Virus record (IMG/VR): IMGVR_UViG_3300020337_000002
Direction: 5' to 3' (one strand)
DNA length: 60,484 nucleotides
Origin: an uncultured virus (IMG/VR IMGVR_UViG_3300020337_000002)
Lineage: Duplodnaviria; Heunggongvirae; Uroviricota; Caudoviricetes
Position numbers and translations under genes: made by a program. The notes under the pieces are model-generated. The model was not told the DNA's origin, searched no databases, and saw nothing but the letters and a program-made list of their open reading frames with translations. Below, in pieces: positions 48,135 through 57,970 of the stretch; positions within the stretch are counted from its first letter, which is position 1; every line of letters begins with the position of its first letter.

Positions 48135-50294
48135 ATGAGCAATATGAACAATATATCAGAACAGTTGTTTGCAAAGATCAGAGGCAGATTTCCATCAGTA
48201 ACACTTGGCGATGAAGCAGGTGTAGTAACTGATGAGCCGAAACTTGCACGTTACTTTGACTTTGACTACAAAGTTGGTGAGGATTCACTAGGTAAAGTTA
48301 GCATAGCTTTATCAGAAAAAGAAGTTGCTATTATGTATAACAACACTTTTATTAGTGAACAACCTGATAGTATTAAACAAGAATGGTATGATTTCTTAAA
48401 AGAAATAAGAGTTTTTTCAAAAAGAAATATGCTTAACTTTGATACACGTGATATAACTAAATCAAATCTCGATAAAAGAGATTATGCACACTTAACAAAA
48501 ACTGCCGGAGACAATACAATGAGTGAATCAAAAATGTACGGCACTAGTAGAACAAGTTATGAAGATGTTGACAAAGCTAGGCTAGTACTCAAACATACAC
48601 AACCAGTGAACATGGAAGTTCCTGGTGCAAGAACACAACACGTAAATAGCATTTACATTGAAAGCGAAAATGGAGAAAGATACAAATATCCATTTAGACA
48701 TTTGAATGGTGCAAGAGCTTTAGCAAGACACGTAAGCGAAGGCGGAAATTTATATGATGACTTTGGTAAACATATCGTTTCACTCAGCGAAGAATTATCA
48801 AAGCTACGTCAATTTAAAACTTACATGAACCGTTCAGCTGTAATGGCAGAAGGCTTAAAAGGTTACATGGATCTAGTTAACGAAAGACTAGACACAATTA
48901 AAACTGAAGTAATGAAACTACAACGTGCAGGACATTACGCAGAAACAATCAAAGATTTTAAACCAGCTGTGATGGAAGAAGTTCCAGAAGAATTACAAAA
49001 CAGTTGGATTGATGAACTAACTATTAGAACTTTTAACGAAGAACTAAAAAGTGTATTCCCATACATTAACAAGTTAGTAAGTGAAAAGAATAAAATCGAA
49101 GAAGTAGGTCCAAGTGATATGGGTATGAACAAATATGGTTTGTCAGCTGTACACAAAGGCGGAAAATTTTATTCTTATAGAGATGGAAAAGAAACAGGTG
49201 GACCATTTGATTCAATGGAAGAACTTGCTAAACATCAAGAAGATTTAATCAAAGACGAAGCTATGGGACACGAAGGTGGATCAGAAGCACACGCACACAA
49301 GATTGACATCGATGGTGACTATGATGAAGACAGAGGCATTAGCGAAAAAGATTGTGAAGAAATGGAATATGCTTGTGGTAAGGCTGGTATCAAATGTAAA
49401 TGTGAGCCAGACGAAATGAGACAGGGTGGAGTTATTGTACACACAATGGCACCACGTGATGCAGTAATAGATGCTTTGGATAAAGAAGGTTACGCAGTAG
49501 AAAGTGCCTACAATCCAGAATCTGAATTTGAAAATGAATTATCCATGATAGTGGGAGAGACAGAAGATGCTTTAATAAACGGCGAAGGCAAAGACCAAGA
49601 AGCCGCTATTAAAAAACTTAATGGCTTAATGGCACAGCATTTCCCGGCTGGTGTAAACGGTAACAATGCTGTTCAAAGTTTGAAGGGCATCATAGATGAC
49701 CCGATGCTACTCGATATGTTTAAGAAGGTAGGACAAAAAGATGCAGACCAGTGTATCAGACCTTTAGTAGTAAAATATGTAAAAGCAAAAGCACCTAGTA
49801 TTTCGTCCAAAATTGATACAGGTGATCTAGAACAGGAACCAACAGAAGACATTAAAGACAAAGAAGATTATCAGGCTAAGAAGAAAGCTATCCAAGATAT
49901 ACAAATGGATCCGCATACACACAAAGACGAAAAACTCAAAAAAGAAGTTATTCGTAAGAAAGCGGAACTAGATGCCGAAGCAAAAGAAAAAGGCTACAAG
50001 GAAGATGATGACACTATTGATGTTAAAATGAATCCAGACGGTAGCATTGAAAAAGACGACAAGGCAATGAATAAAGAGGACGAAAGAAGTCCAGGGGAAA
50101 GGTTAGTAGAATTGGTTAAATCATATTACGATTATACAACTAACGCATTTCCAAAAGGCGAAACAGCAGTAGTTACTGCTTGTGAAAAAGAGTTTGGCGA
50201 TAAGGCAATACCAGTTGCTGAGAAAATGATTGCTAGACTAAAAGCAGGCAAAGACGAAGATATGGAAAAGATTAAACACCTAGCAGGTGTATAA
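48135..50294 (+). CDS. Large acidic protein, probably head-associated
   Basis: GATAAATA 5 nt upstream; Glu/Asp/Lys-rich; ends IKHLAGV. Confidence 0.55.
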   Translation: MSNMNNISEQLFAKIRGRFPSVTLGDEAGVVTDEPKLARYFDFDYKVGEDSLGKVSIALSEKEVAIMYNNTFISEQPDSIKQEWYDFLKEIRVFSKRNMLNFDTRDITKSNLDKRDYAHLTKTAGDNTMSESKMYGTSRTSYEDVDKARLVLKHTQPVNMEVPGARTQHVNSIYIESENGERYKYPFRHLNGARALARHVSEGGNLYDDFGKHIVSLSEELSKLRQFKTYMNRSAVMAEGLKGYMDLVNERLDTIKTEVMKLQRAGHYAETIKDFKPAVMEEVPEELQNSWIDELTIRTFNEELKSVFPYINKLVSEKNKIEEVGPSDMGMNKYGLSAVHKGGKFYSYRDGKETGGPFDSMEELAKHQEDLIKDEAMGHEGGSEAHAHKIDIDGDYDEDRGISEKDCEEMEYACGKAGIKCKCEPDEMRQGGVIVHTMAPRDAVIDALDKEGYAVESAYNPESEFENELSMIVGETEDALINGEGKDQEAAIKKLNGLMAQHFPAGVNGNNAVQSLKGIIDDPMLLDMFKKVGQKDADQCIRPLVVKYVKAKAPSISSKIDTGDLEQEPTEDIKDKEDYQAKKKAIQDIQMDPHTHKDEKLKKEVIRKKAELDAEAKEKGYKEDDDTIDVKMNPDGSIEKDDKAMNKEDERSPGERLVELVKSYYDYTTNAFPKGETAVVTACEKEFGDKAIPVAEKMIARLKAGKDEDMEKIKHLAGV

Positions 50295-50329
50295 GAATTT
50301 ATAAAGTCACTTTTTTGGCAAACAAACAC

Positions 50330-50358
50330 TTGACTTTATAAGTATATTAGTGTAGTAT
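50330..50358 (+). promoter_or_regulatory. sigma70-type promoter for the replication/recombination genes
   Basis: TTGACT-N17-TAGTAT; preceded by AAACAC, as at 36620. Confidence 0.7.
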
Positions 50359-50426
50359 ATAAAACTGTGCTACACTATTAAAGGCACAAGCAACGAAGGC
50401 TTAACAACTTATAGGAGGCTTATATT

Positions 50427-51398
50427 ATGGCTACATTAGCAGAAATTCGTGCAAAACTAAAAGAACAGGAAACCCGCTCAACGGGATCTTCCACAGGCGG
50501 CGACAACGCCATTTACCCATTTTGGAACTTAAAAGAAGGCGAGACTGCAACAGTCCGTTTCCTTCCAGATGGAGACGACTCTAATACATTTTTCTGGCAA
50601 GAACGTTTGATGATCAAACTTCCATTTGCTGGAATCAAAGGTGAGACAGACTCTCGCCCTGTACAGGTACAAGTACCATGTATGGAAATGTATGGAGAAA
50701 CTTGCCCAGTACTTTCAGAAGTACGTGGTTGGTTTAAAGACAAAAACTTAGAAGACATGGGACGTAAGTATTGGAAAAAACGTTCATATGTATTCCAAGG
50801 CTTTGTTACAGATAATCCTTTAAAAGAGGATACAACTCCCAACAATCCAGTAAGACGTTTCATTATTGGTCCACAGATTTTTCAAATCATTAAAGGTGCT
50901 TTGATGGATCCGGACATGAACGAATTACCAACAGACTATACCGCGGGTGTAGACTTTAGGATCGCAAAAACTTCCAAAGGTGGTTATGCTGATTACTCAA
51001 CTTCAAATTGGGCAAGAAAAGAACGTCCATTAGATGAAGCTCAGTATAAAGCTATTGAAGACCACGGCTTGTTTAATTTAGGTGATTACTTACCTAAGAA
51101 ACCAAGTGAAGTTGAAGTTGGTGTTATCAAGAAGATGTTTGAAGCATCTGTTGATGGCGAAGCATACGATATGGAACAGTATGGTCAATACTTTAGACCA
51201 GCAGGCGTAAAAGCTCAAACAGGTGATCCTGTGAAAGCATCTACTCCGACTCCTGCTCCAGCGGCGGCTCCGGCACCACAGGCAGAAGCAGTAGCACAAA
51301 CTACATCAACTGAAGCACCTGCGACAGCAGAAGCACCAGCAACTGACAATAATAAAGCGGAAGACATTCTTGCAATGATCCGTAACCGTCAGGGCTAA
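50427..51398 (+). CDS. gp32: Single-stranded DNA-binding protein (gp32-like)
   Basis: VRFLPD, CPV, RKYWKKRSY, G.DF.I.KT.KGGYADY..S; AGGAGG SD. Confidence 0.85.
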   Translation: MATLAEIRAKLKEQETRSTGSSTGGDNAIYPFWNLKEGETATVRFLPDGDDSNTFFWQERLMIKLPFAGIKGETDSRPVQVQVPCMEMYGETCPVLSEVRGWFKDKNLEDMGRKYWKKRSYVFQGFVTDNPLKEDTTPNNPVRRFIIGPQIFQIIKGALMDPDMNELPTDYTAGVDFRIAKTSKGGYADYSTSNWARKERPLDEAQYKAIEDHGLFNLGDYLPKKPSEVEVGVIKKMFEASVDGEAYDMEQYGQYFRPAGVKAQTGDPVKASTPTPAPAAAPAPQAEAVAQTTSTEAPATAEAPATDNNKAEDILAMIRNRQG

Positions 51399-51413
51399 AT
51401 TAAATTTATACAA

Positions 51414-51433
51414 GGGGTTGTTTCGGCAACCCC
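51414..51433. other. Intergenic UUCG hairpin (mRNA stabiliser or weak terminator)
   Basis: GGGGTTGT-TTCG-GCAACCCC with no downstream U-tract. Confidence 0.6.
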
Positions 51434-51457
51434 AAGTATATGGATTAAGGAGATACA

Positions 51458-52522
51458 ATGGCTAACAAGGCATTTGACGTTTCTAAGTTTCGAAAAAACT
51501 TAACGAAATCTATTACAGGAATGAGTGCAGGATTTAACGATCCGACTGATTGGATTTCGACAGGTAACTATGCACTCAATTATCTTATTAGTGGTGACTT
51601 TCATAAAGGTGTGCCAATGGGTAAGGTGACTGTTTTTGCAGGAGAATCAGGTGCAGGTAAAAGTTATATCTGTGCAGGTAACATTGTAAAGGCGGCACAA
51701 GACCAAGGTATCTTTGTTGTTCTTATTGACTCAGAGAACGCACTTGATGAAGCTTGGTTACAAGCACTAAACGTAGACACTACACCAGAAAAATTACTTA
51801 AACTAAACATGAGTATGATTGATGATGTTGCTAAAACTATTAGTACATTTATGTCAGACTACAGAGAAACACCAGAGGAAGACAGACCTAAAGTGTTATT
51901 TGTTATTGATAGTTTGGGTATGTTACTAACACCTACTGATGTAGATCAGTTTAATAAAGGTGATATGAAGGGTGATATGGGTAGAAAACCTAAGGCACTT
52001 ACTTCATTAGTACGTAATACAGTAAACATGATTGGTTCACATAACGTAGGACTAGTATGTACTAACCACACTTATGCATCGCAAGATATGTTTGATCCAG
52101 ATGATAAAATATCAGGTGGACAAGGATTTATCTATGCAAGTTCGATTGTAGTAGCAATGAAGAAATTGAAACTAAAAGAGGACGAAGATGGTAAGAAAGT
52201 AACTGATGTACGTGGTATTAGAGCGGGTTGTAAAGTTATGAAAACTAGATATGCAAAACCGTTTGAAGGCGTACAGGTTAAGATTCCTTATGAAACAGGT
52301 ATGAATCCATACAGTGGATTGGTTGACTTGTTTGAGAAAAAGGGACTACTTACTCAACAGGGAAATAGACTTAAATACGTTGACAGCAAAGGTGCTGAAC
52401 ATCTTGAATATCGAAAAGACTGGGGTGGTGAAAAGTTAGACATAATTATGAGTAACTTCACCGAGACAGCCGATGTTACAGACGAAGCTGGAATTGTAGA
52501 AGATAGTAACCCTGAGGAGTAA
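51458..52522 (+). CDS. uvsX: RecA-like recombinase
   Basis: ISTGNYALN, AGESGAGKS, DSENALD, VIDSLG, TNHTY, SGGQG. Confidence 0.93.
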   Translation: MANKAFDVSKFRKNLTKSITGMSAGFNDPTDWISTGNYALNYLISGDFHKGVPMGKVTVFAGESGAGKSYICAGNIVKAAQDQGIFVVLIDSENALDEAWLQALNVDTTPEKLLKLNMSMIDDVAKTISTFMSDYRETPEEDRPKVLFVIDSLGMLLTPTDVDQFNKGDMKGDMGRKPKALTSLVRNTVNMIGSHNVGLVCTNHTYASQDMFDPDDKISGGQGFIYASSIVVAMKKLKLKEDEDGKKVTDVRGIRAGCKVMKTRYAKPFEGVQVKIPYETGMNPYSGLVDLFEKKGLLTQQGNRLKYVDSKGAEHLEYRKDWGGEKLDIIMSNFTETADVTDEAGIVEDSNPEE

Positions 52523-52529
52523 AAATATT

Positions 52530-52757
52530 ATGGACGGAACACAGATAGTAGAGACTTGGCAAGTATTTAAAGAGTATCTTGATAAGAAGCACCTAGAAAC
52601 TGTAGCAGAAAAATATGTTGATCTGTGTGCAGACTTTGGTACAGAAGATGAAGCATTTAGAGATGCTTTAGGTTCAGATCACGATTTAGATAAAGCTATT
52701 GGGTATTATTTGGAAGAAGATGTCGATTACGATGACGAAATTGATGAGGATTATTAA
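52530..52757 (+). CDS. Small acidic hypothetical protein
   Basis: GAGGAG SD; lies between uvsX and uvsY. Confidence 0.65.
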   Translation: MDGTQIVETWQVFKEYLDKKHLETVAEKYVDLCADFGTEDEAFRDALGSDHDLDKAIGYYLEEDVDYDDEIDEDY

Positions 52758-53212
52758 TGGGTTGGTATTCTGATATTGCAAAAGATATTAACAATATCCC
52801 AAAGGCAATACAATATTTTGAAGACGAATTAGTTGAAGCAAAGACACAAATTCGTATTAAAGGTAATGTAGAAAGAGCCGCGGCAGAGATGCCTGGTATT
52901 GTTGAGCAACGTTTTAATCAGTTGCAGGAACTTGAGGCAATTTTAGAATACCTAAACATCGAACTAAGACGTTTACGAAGTTCTTTCTTTAAGAAGTATC
53001 TAGAGAATTACCAAAGAGCATTGAGTAGCAGAGATGTAGAAAAGTATGTTGACGGTGAAGCAGACGTTGTTGACTACGAAAAGATTATTAACGAATTTGC
53101 TCTTATGCGTAATAAATGGTTAGGCGTAACTAAGGCATTAGATCAAAAACAATGGCAACTTACTAACATAGTCAAGTTACGAGTTGCAGGAATGGAAGAC
53201 GCAAGTCTATAA
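52757..53212 (+). CDS. uvsY: Recombination mediator UvsY-like
   Basis: Helical; DVEKYVDGEADV, KALDQKQWQLTNIVKLRVAG; synteny with uvsX. Confidence 0.75.
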   Translation: MGWYSDIAKDINNIPKAIQYFEDELVEAKTQIRIKGNVERAAAEMPGIVEQRFNQLQELEAILEYLNIELRRLRSSFFKKYLENYQRALSSRDVEKYVDGEADVVDYEKIINEFALMRNKWLGVTKALDQKQWQLTNIVKLRVAGMEDASL

Positions 53213-53245
53213 GTTCCAAATTAATATAACTAGGAGAATACACTT

Positions 53246-53869
53246 ATGAAGATGAGTGAAACACAGCCAGGTCAGGTTGCCAAACAGTACGGTGGCAATA
53301 CTAGACCTACAATAAATCATATGGAGAGAACTGACTTACCGGGTTCTAGACAGAAGATTCAAAAATGGGATATGATTCCAGATGAATGTTTTGTACAGAG
53401 AATGGCCGGCGAGTTTGTTAAACAAACTTCTAATGAACTTTTCGCAGATAAGAAAGTTGTTCTGTTTAGTTTACCGGGTGCATTTACACCTACTTGTTCA
53501 ACAAAACAGTTACCTGCATATGAAGAAATGTATGATAGATTTAAGGCGGCTGGTGTGGACGAAGTGTATTGTGTATCAGTAAACGACGGTTTTGTAATGA
53601 ATGCTTGGGCTAAAGAGCTAGGCATTGAAAAAGTAAAACTGTTAGCAGACGGTAACGGAGACTTTACTGATTCAATGGGAATGTTATGTACAAAAAGAAA
53701 CAAAGGCTTTGCAAATAGAAGCTGGCGTTATTCTTTGTATGCAGTAAACGGAATAGTTCAAGAAGCATTTGTTGAACCTGGATTCAATCACAAAGGTGAG
53801 GACGATGATCCTTACACTTGTACTGACCCAGAGACAATGGTTCAATTCATCGAAGCAGACGCAAGATAA
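53246..53869 (+). CDS. Peroxiredoxin (Prx5/redoxin family)
   Basis: LPGAFTPTCS, CVSVNDGFVMNAW, ADGNGDFT, RSWRY. Confidence 0.93.
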   Translation: MKMSETQPGQVAKQYGGNTRPTINHMERTDLPGSRQKIQKWDMIPDECFVQRMAGEFVKQTSNELFADKKVVLFSLPGAFTPTCSTKQLPAYEEMYDRFKAAGVDEVYCVSVNDGFVMNAWAKELGIEKVKLLADGNGDFTDSMGMLCTKRNKGFANRSWRYSLYAVNGIVQEAFVEPGFNHKGEDDDPYTCTDPETMVQFIEADAR

Positions 53870-53884
53870 AGTCTAAATACAACT

Positions 53885-54649
53885 ATGAAAGTTGTATTAG
53901 TTACAGGTGGCTTTGATCCACTACACTCGGGACACATATCTTATTTTAAAGAAGCAAAAAAGCTCGGCGACAAATTAGTCGTCGGGCTTAATAGCGACGA
54001 ATGGCTTACACGTAAAAAAGGTAAACCCTTTATGCCAATCCAAGAACGTGTAGAAATTATTAGAAATTTGAAAATGGTAGATGACGTTCTTACTTGGGAC
54101 GACAGTGATGATTCTGCCTCTGGTGCAATATTTAAACTGATGGCTACATCAGGGTATGGGCATGATGTAATATTTGCCAATGGTGGAGATAGAACAGATA
54201 AGAACATACCAGAAATGAAAACTTGGCACGACAAGGTTGAGTTTGCATTTGGTGTAGGTGGTACTCATAAACAAAACTCAAGCAGTTGGATACTAGAAGA
54301 ATACAAACACCCAAAGACACAACGTAACTGGGGTTGGTATAGAGTGCTAGATGATAAACCCGGATACAAGGTAAAAGAACTTGTTATAAATCCTAAGAGC
54401 AGTTTAAGTATGCAAAGGCATTTTAAACGTTCAGAACATTGGTACGTGCTTAAAGGAACTTGTAATATTATTACAGATGGACCTGCAGGAATACAAGAAA
54501 AATTATTAGAAGCACACAGTCCTGGATACTCGATTGGTAAGGAAACTTGGCACAAAGGTATTAACGGACAAGACGAACCTTGTCATATATTAGAAGTTCA
54601 ATATGGAGAAGAATGTATTGAAGAAGATATAGAAAGAAAAGATGCCTGA
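53885..54649 (+). CDS. Cytidylyltransferase-family nucleotidyltransferase fused to a mannose-6-phosphate-isomerase-like cupin
   Basis: TGGFDPLHSGH, NSDEWL.RKKG, FANGGDR; RNWGWY, SLSMQRHFKRSEHW, LEVQYG. Confidence 0.85.
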   Translation: MKVVLVTGGFDPLHSGHISYFKEAKKLGDKLVVGLNSDEWLTRKKGKPFMPIQERVEIIRNLKMVDDVLTWDDSDDSASGAIFKLMATSGYGHDVIFANGGDRTDKNIPEMKTWHDKVEFAFGVGGTHKQNSSSWILEEYKHPKTQRNWGWYRVLDDKPGYKVKELVINPKSSLSMQRHFKRSEHWYVLKGTCNIITDGPAGIQEKLLEAHSPGYSIGKETWHKGINGQDEPCHILEVQYGEECIEEDIERKDA

Positions 54650-55337
54650 CATACAAGAAGAATTAAAAGACATAAATCCTTACGTACTTGAACAAGTATT
54701 AAAAGCTAAACCATATTCAATGACTAGTGGCACTAGACTAGCACATACATACACAACCATACAAGACTTAGATGCAAGAGGCATCACAGGAGACATTGTA
54801 GAGTGTGGAGTATGGAAGGGCGGACATATCATTATGTCTTGGTTAGCTAATAAAAATACTAAAAGAAATTTTTGGTTATACGATACCTTTGAAGGTATGA
54901 CTGAACCAACAATGGAAGATTATAAAGTTAATCACGACGGTACTCTTGGTTATGCATATAGAAGCACAAAGGCAAAACAAGGATACAATAAATGGTGCAG
55001 GTCAGAGTTAAGTGAGGTTGTTAATAACTTACATAACTTTAATATGCCACAAAAACAAATAAAATATATCAAAGGCGATTGTAATCAAACACTAAAAGAT
55101 CCAAAAAACTTACCAGATAATATTGCTTTTTTAAGACTAGATACAGACTGGTATGAGTCTACACTAACAGAAATATTGCAACTGTGGCCTAGATTACAGG
55201 TAGGTGGCATAATGGTTTTGGACGATTATTATTCTTGGCAAGGAAGTAAAAAAGCCTTTAATGAAGTATTTGGTAACTCTCTGAAGATACATACTATTGA
55301 TAGAACTGCAATTTATGTGATGAAAGAGAGACCATGA
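54642..55337 (+). CDS. TylF/MycF/NovP-family sugar O-methyltransferase
   Basis: GDIVECGVWKGG, DTFEGM, LRLDTDWYEST, DDY. Confidence 0.9.
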   Translation: MPDIQEELKDINPYVLEQVLKAKPYSMTSGTRLAHTYTTIQDLDARGITGDIVECGVWKGGHIIMSWLANKNTKRNFWLYDTFEGMTEPTMEDYKVNHDGTLGYAYRSTKAKQGYNKWCRSELSEVVNNLHNFNMPQKQIKYIKGDCNQTLKDPKNLPDNIAFLRLDTDWYESTLTEILQLWPRLQVGGIMVLDDYYSWQGSKKAFNEVFGNSLKIHTIDRTAIYVMKERP

Positions 55338-56053
55338 GCAATAAAGTATTTGTCGGCTATGACACAAGAGAAGATATTGCGTACCAAGTTTGTGAGCATA
55401 GTATATGGCAACATAACAAAGGTACAGAAGTTATTCCATTAAAACAAAAAGAATTAAGAGATAAGATGTTGTACTGGAGAGGCGAAGATAAACTTGCAAG
55501 TACAGAATTTACATTTACAAGATTTTTAATTCCACACCTTATGAACTATGAAGGTTGGGCATTATTCATTGATAGTGATATTGTTTTTCTAGAAGATGTG
55601 GATAACTTATTTGCATTAGCAGATGACAAGTATGCTGTTATGTGTGTACAACATGATTACAATCCTAAACCAGGAACTAAGATGGACGGACAAATACAAA
55701 CACAATACCCAAGAAAGAATTGGTCAAGTGTAGTATTATGGAACTGCGGACATCCAAGTAATCAAAAGATTACAGTAGACATGGTTAACAATCCAAACTA
55801 TGATGGAAAGTTCTTTCATAGATTTGCTTGGTTGAAAGAGGAAGAAATTGGATCATTACCAGTTGATTGGAACTTCTTAGTAGGACACTATACAGCTGAT
55901 GGAACTATGGACCAAGAACAAAAAGAAGATGGTACACCACGTGCATTACATTACACGGAAGGTGGACCTTGGTTTAAAAATTATAGAAATTGCGAATTCC
56001 ATCAAACTTGGAAAGATGTTCTTTCTGATATGATGGAGAATAAGGATGAGTGA
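55334..56053 (+). CDS. GT-A glycosyltransferase (GT8-like)
   Basis: VFVGYD.RE, STEFTFTRFL, DSD, YPRKNWSS, HYTEGGPW. Confidence 0.8.
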   Translation: MSNKVFVGYDTREDIAYQVCEHSIWQHNKGTEVIPLKQKELRDKMLYWRGEDKLASTEFTFTRFLIPHLMNYEGWALFIDSDIVFLEDVDNLFALADDKYAVMCVQHDYNPKPGTKMDGQIQTQYPRKNWSSVVLWNCGHPSNQKITVDMVNNPNYDGKFFHRFAWLKEEEIGSLPVDWNFLVGHYTADGTMDQEQKEDGTPRALHYTEGGPWFKNYRNCEFHQTWKDVLSDMMENKDE

Positions 56054-57047
56054 TAGTTATGGCACTTGGGATCCTAGGGTACTTACACCAGAGATGAAAG
56101 AATTAATAGATAACATACTGTATGGAGTTGCTACACACGACAATAGGCACGCCATTGAATCTGTACAAAAAGTATTTGAAGATATAAAAAATCCTAAGGT
56201 TATATGTATTGACAGCGGAATTAAAAAAGTTGAAAAGAAAGTAAAAGGATCATTTGGTATTGTTGATTCCTTTATTATGGCAATGGCACTAGGTAGTGGC
56301 GGAAAATATATTAGGGCAGATGACGTAAATGATTATTGGGATAGCCCTGCACCATTCTTAGTAAGAGGACTAGGTAAACAAAAACTTATTAAAGAATGTA
56401 TTGCACGTGGCAAAGACTTTTACTTTATGGACACAGGTTATATGGGTAATAATCCTAGTCCACGTAATCCAAATGGTAAGAAAACTTATCACAGAATTGT
56501 AAAGAATGCATTACAAAATCTTCATATGCCAGACAGAGATGAAAATCCTAATGCGTATGGCGGTGAACGTTTTAAACAAATAGCACAACCATTTAAAGAT
56601 GCTTATCCAGGAAGAAAAGTTTTAATTGTTCCACCTAGTGAAAAGGTAATGAAATACTTTGATCAAAACTTAGACGAATGGATCAATAGCACAATATTAG
56701 AAATTAAAAAACACACTTCAAGACCAATCGAATTACGTAGGAAACCAAGTAGAGAAGATAGGGTTTCCGTTAATACTATGGAACAAGCATTAGAAGATAA
56801 TGTACATTGTTTAGTAACTTACAATAGTATTGCGGCATTAGAGGCAATGATGTATGGTAAACCTGCTATCGTATTGGGTCCTAACTGTGCCCAAGATATT
56901 GCAGAAACTTCATTATCCAGAATTGAATTTGTAAAACATCCTGGAAGAAAAACATTAACGTACCTTTGCAGATATCTAAGTAACAATCAGTTCACATATG
57001 ACGAAATGTTAAGTGGCTATGCATGGAGGACGTTAACGTGCGAGTAA
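56046..57047 (+). CDS. GT-B glycosyltransferase-like (capsule-synthesis KpsC/KpsS-like), paralogue 1
   Basis: IELRRKP, VTYNSIAALEAMMYGKP, QF..DE..SG.AW. Confidence 0.55.
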   Translation: MSDSYGTWDPRVLTPEMKELIDNILYGVATHDNRHAIESVQKVFEDIKNPKVICIDSGIKKVEKKVKGSFGIVDSFIMAMALGSGGKYIRADDVNDYWDSPAPFLVRGLGKQKLIKECIARGKDFYFMDTGYMGNNPSPRNPNGKKTYHRIVKNALQNLHMPDRDENPNAYGGERFKQIAQPFKDAYPGRKVLIVPPSEKVMKYFDQNLDEWINSTILEIKKHTSRPIELRRKPSREDRVSVNTMEQALEDNVHCLVTYNSIAALEAMMYGKPAIVLGPNCAQDIAETSLSRIEFVKHPGRKTLTYLCRYLSNNQFTYDEMLSGYAWRTLTCE

Positions 57048-57970
57048 TAGGATACACTAAAGTTATACCACCAGGAAAAGCACTCAAGCCTAACAAACCC
57101 AACCATAAGTTAGACATCATTAAAAACTTTGTTGAAGGTGTTAGAATGTGTGGTGACAACGGTTTGGTATATGATGGTTATGAAATGCTAGACTGCGAAG
57201 TAGCTATGATGCAAGGCTTCTTACATGATAATAGTGCTCACGTTCCGCACATTAACTTACGTAGAAATATTACAATGAATACACGCAACAAAGCATTCAT
57301 TACAGCAGACAGTAATCTTTTTTTATATAAAGCAAAACAAAACGAACCATATCATTACTTAAGATACAGTATCAATGGGGTGTTTAACGACACAGGAAAC
57401 TATTGTAACGATACCCCTACTGACCATCAGTGGAACAAGATTAAAAGAGACTTAGGTGTAGAACTTAAACCTTGGACCATTAATGAAAGAGAATTTGTAC
57501 TATTATGTTTACAACGTAATGGTGGATGGAGCATGAAAGGTAAAGATGTTGTTGTTTGGGCTAACACTAAAATTGCAGAAATAAGACGACACACAACTAG
57601 ACCTATTATAGTAAGACCACACCCAGGAGATAAAAAAGCACCTGAGTATTGTAAACAGATTAGTGGTGAAAATGTTAGAATTAGTTTTGAACCAATGATC
57701 GAACATGACCTAGCAAAGAGCATGGTTACCATAGGTTATAACAGTAGTCCACTAGTAGCAAGTGTTATTGAAGGTGTTCCTATTATTGTTGAAGACCCTA
57801 ATTCAAGTCAAGTAGGAGAAGTGGCACATACAGATTTATCACAGTTGGCAAAACTACAACCAATTGATAGAGAAATGTGGATTAGAAAGATTGCACAATG
57901 CCATTGGAGTTTTGCAGATTTACGTAGTGGAGAATGTTGGCAACATATGAAAAGGTACATAAAGATATGA
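57038..57970 (+). CDS. GT-B glycosyltransferase-like, paralogue 2 (GTG start)
   Basis: GGAGG SD before GTG 57038; IIVRPHP, YNSSP.VASVIEGVP, HW...L.SGE.W. Confidence 0.55.
   Translation: MRVIGYTKVIPPGKALKPNKPNHKLDIIKNFVEGVRMCGDNGLVYDGYEMLDCEVAMMQGFLHDNSAHVPHINLRRNITMNTRNKAFITADSNLFLYKAKQNEPYHYLRYSINGVFNDTGNYCNDTPTDHQWNKIKRDLGVELKPWTINEREFVLLCLQRNGGWSMKGKDVVVWANTKIAEIRRHTTRPIIVRPHPGDKKAPEYCKQISGENVRISFEPMIEHDLAKSMVTIGYNSSPLVASVIEGVPIIVEDPNSSQVGEVAHTDLSQLAKLQPIDREMWIRKIAQCHWSFADLRSGECWQHMKRYIKI

Noticed and set aside
46534..52522. Inteins or introns in terL, gp32 or uvsX
   Set aside because: Lengths are normal, motifs are contiguous, and no splice-junction signatures were seen
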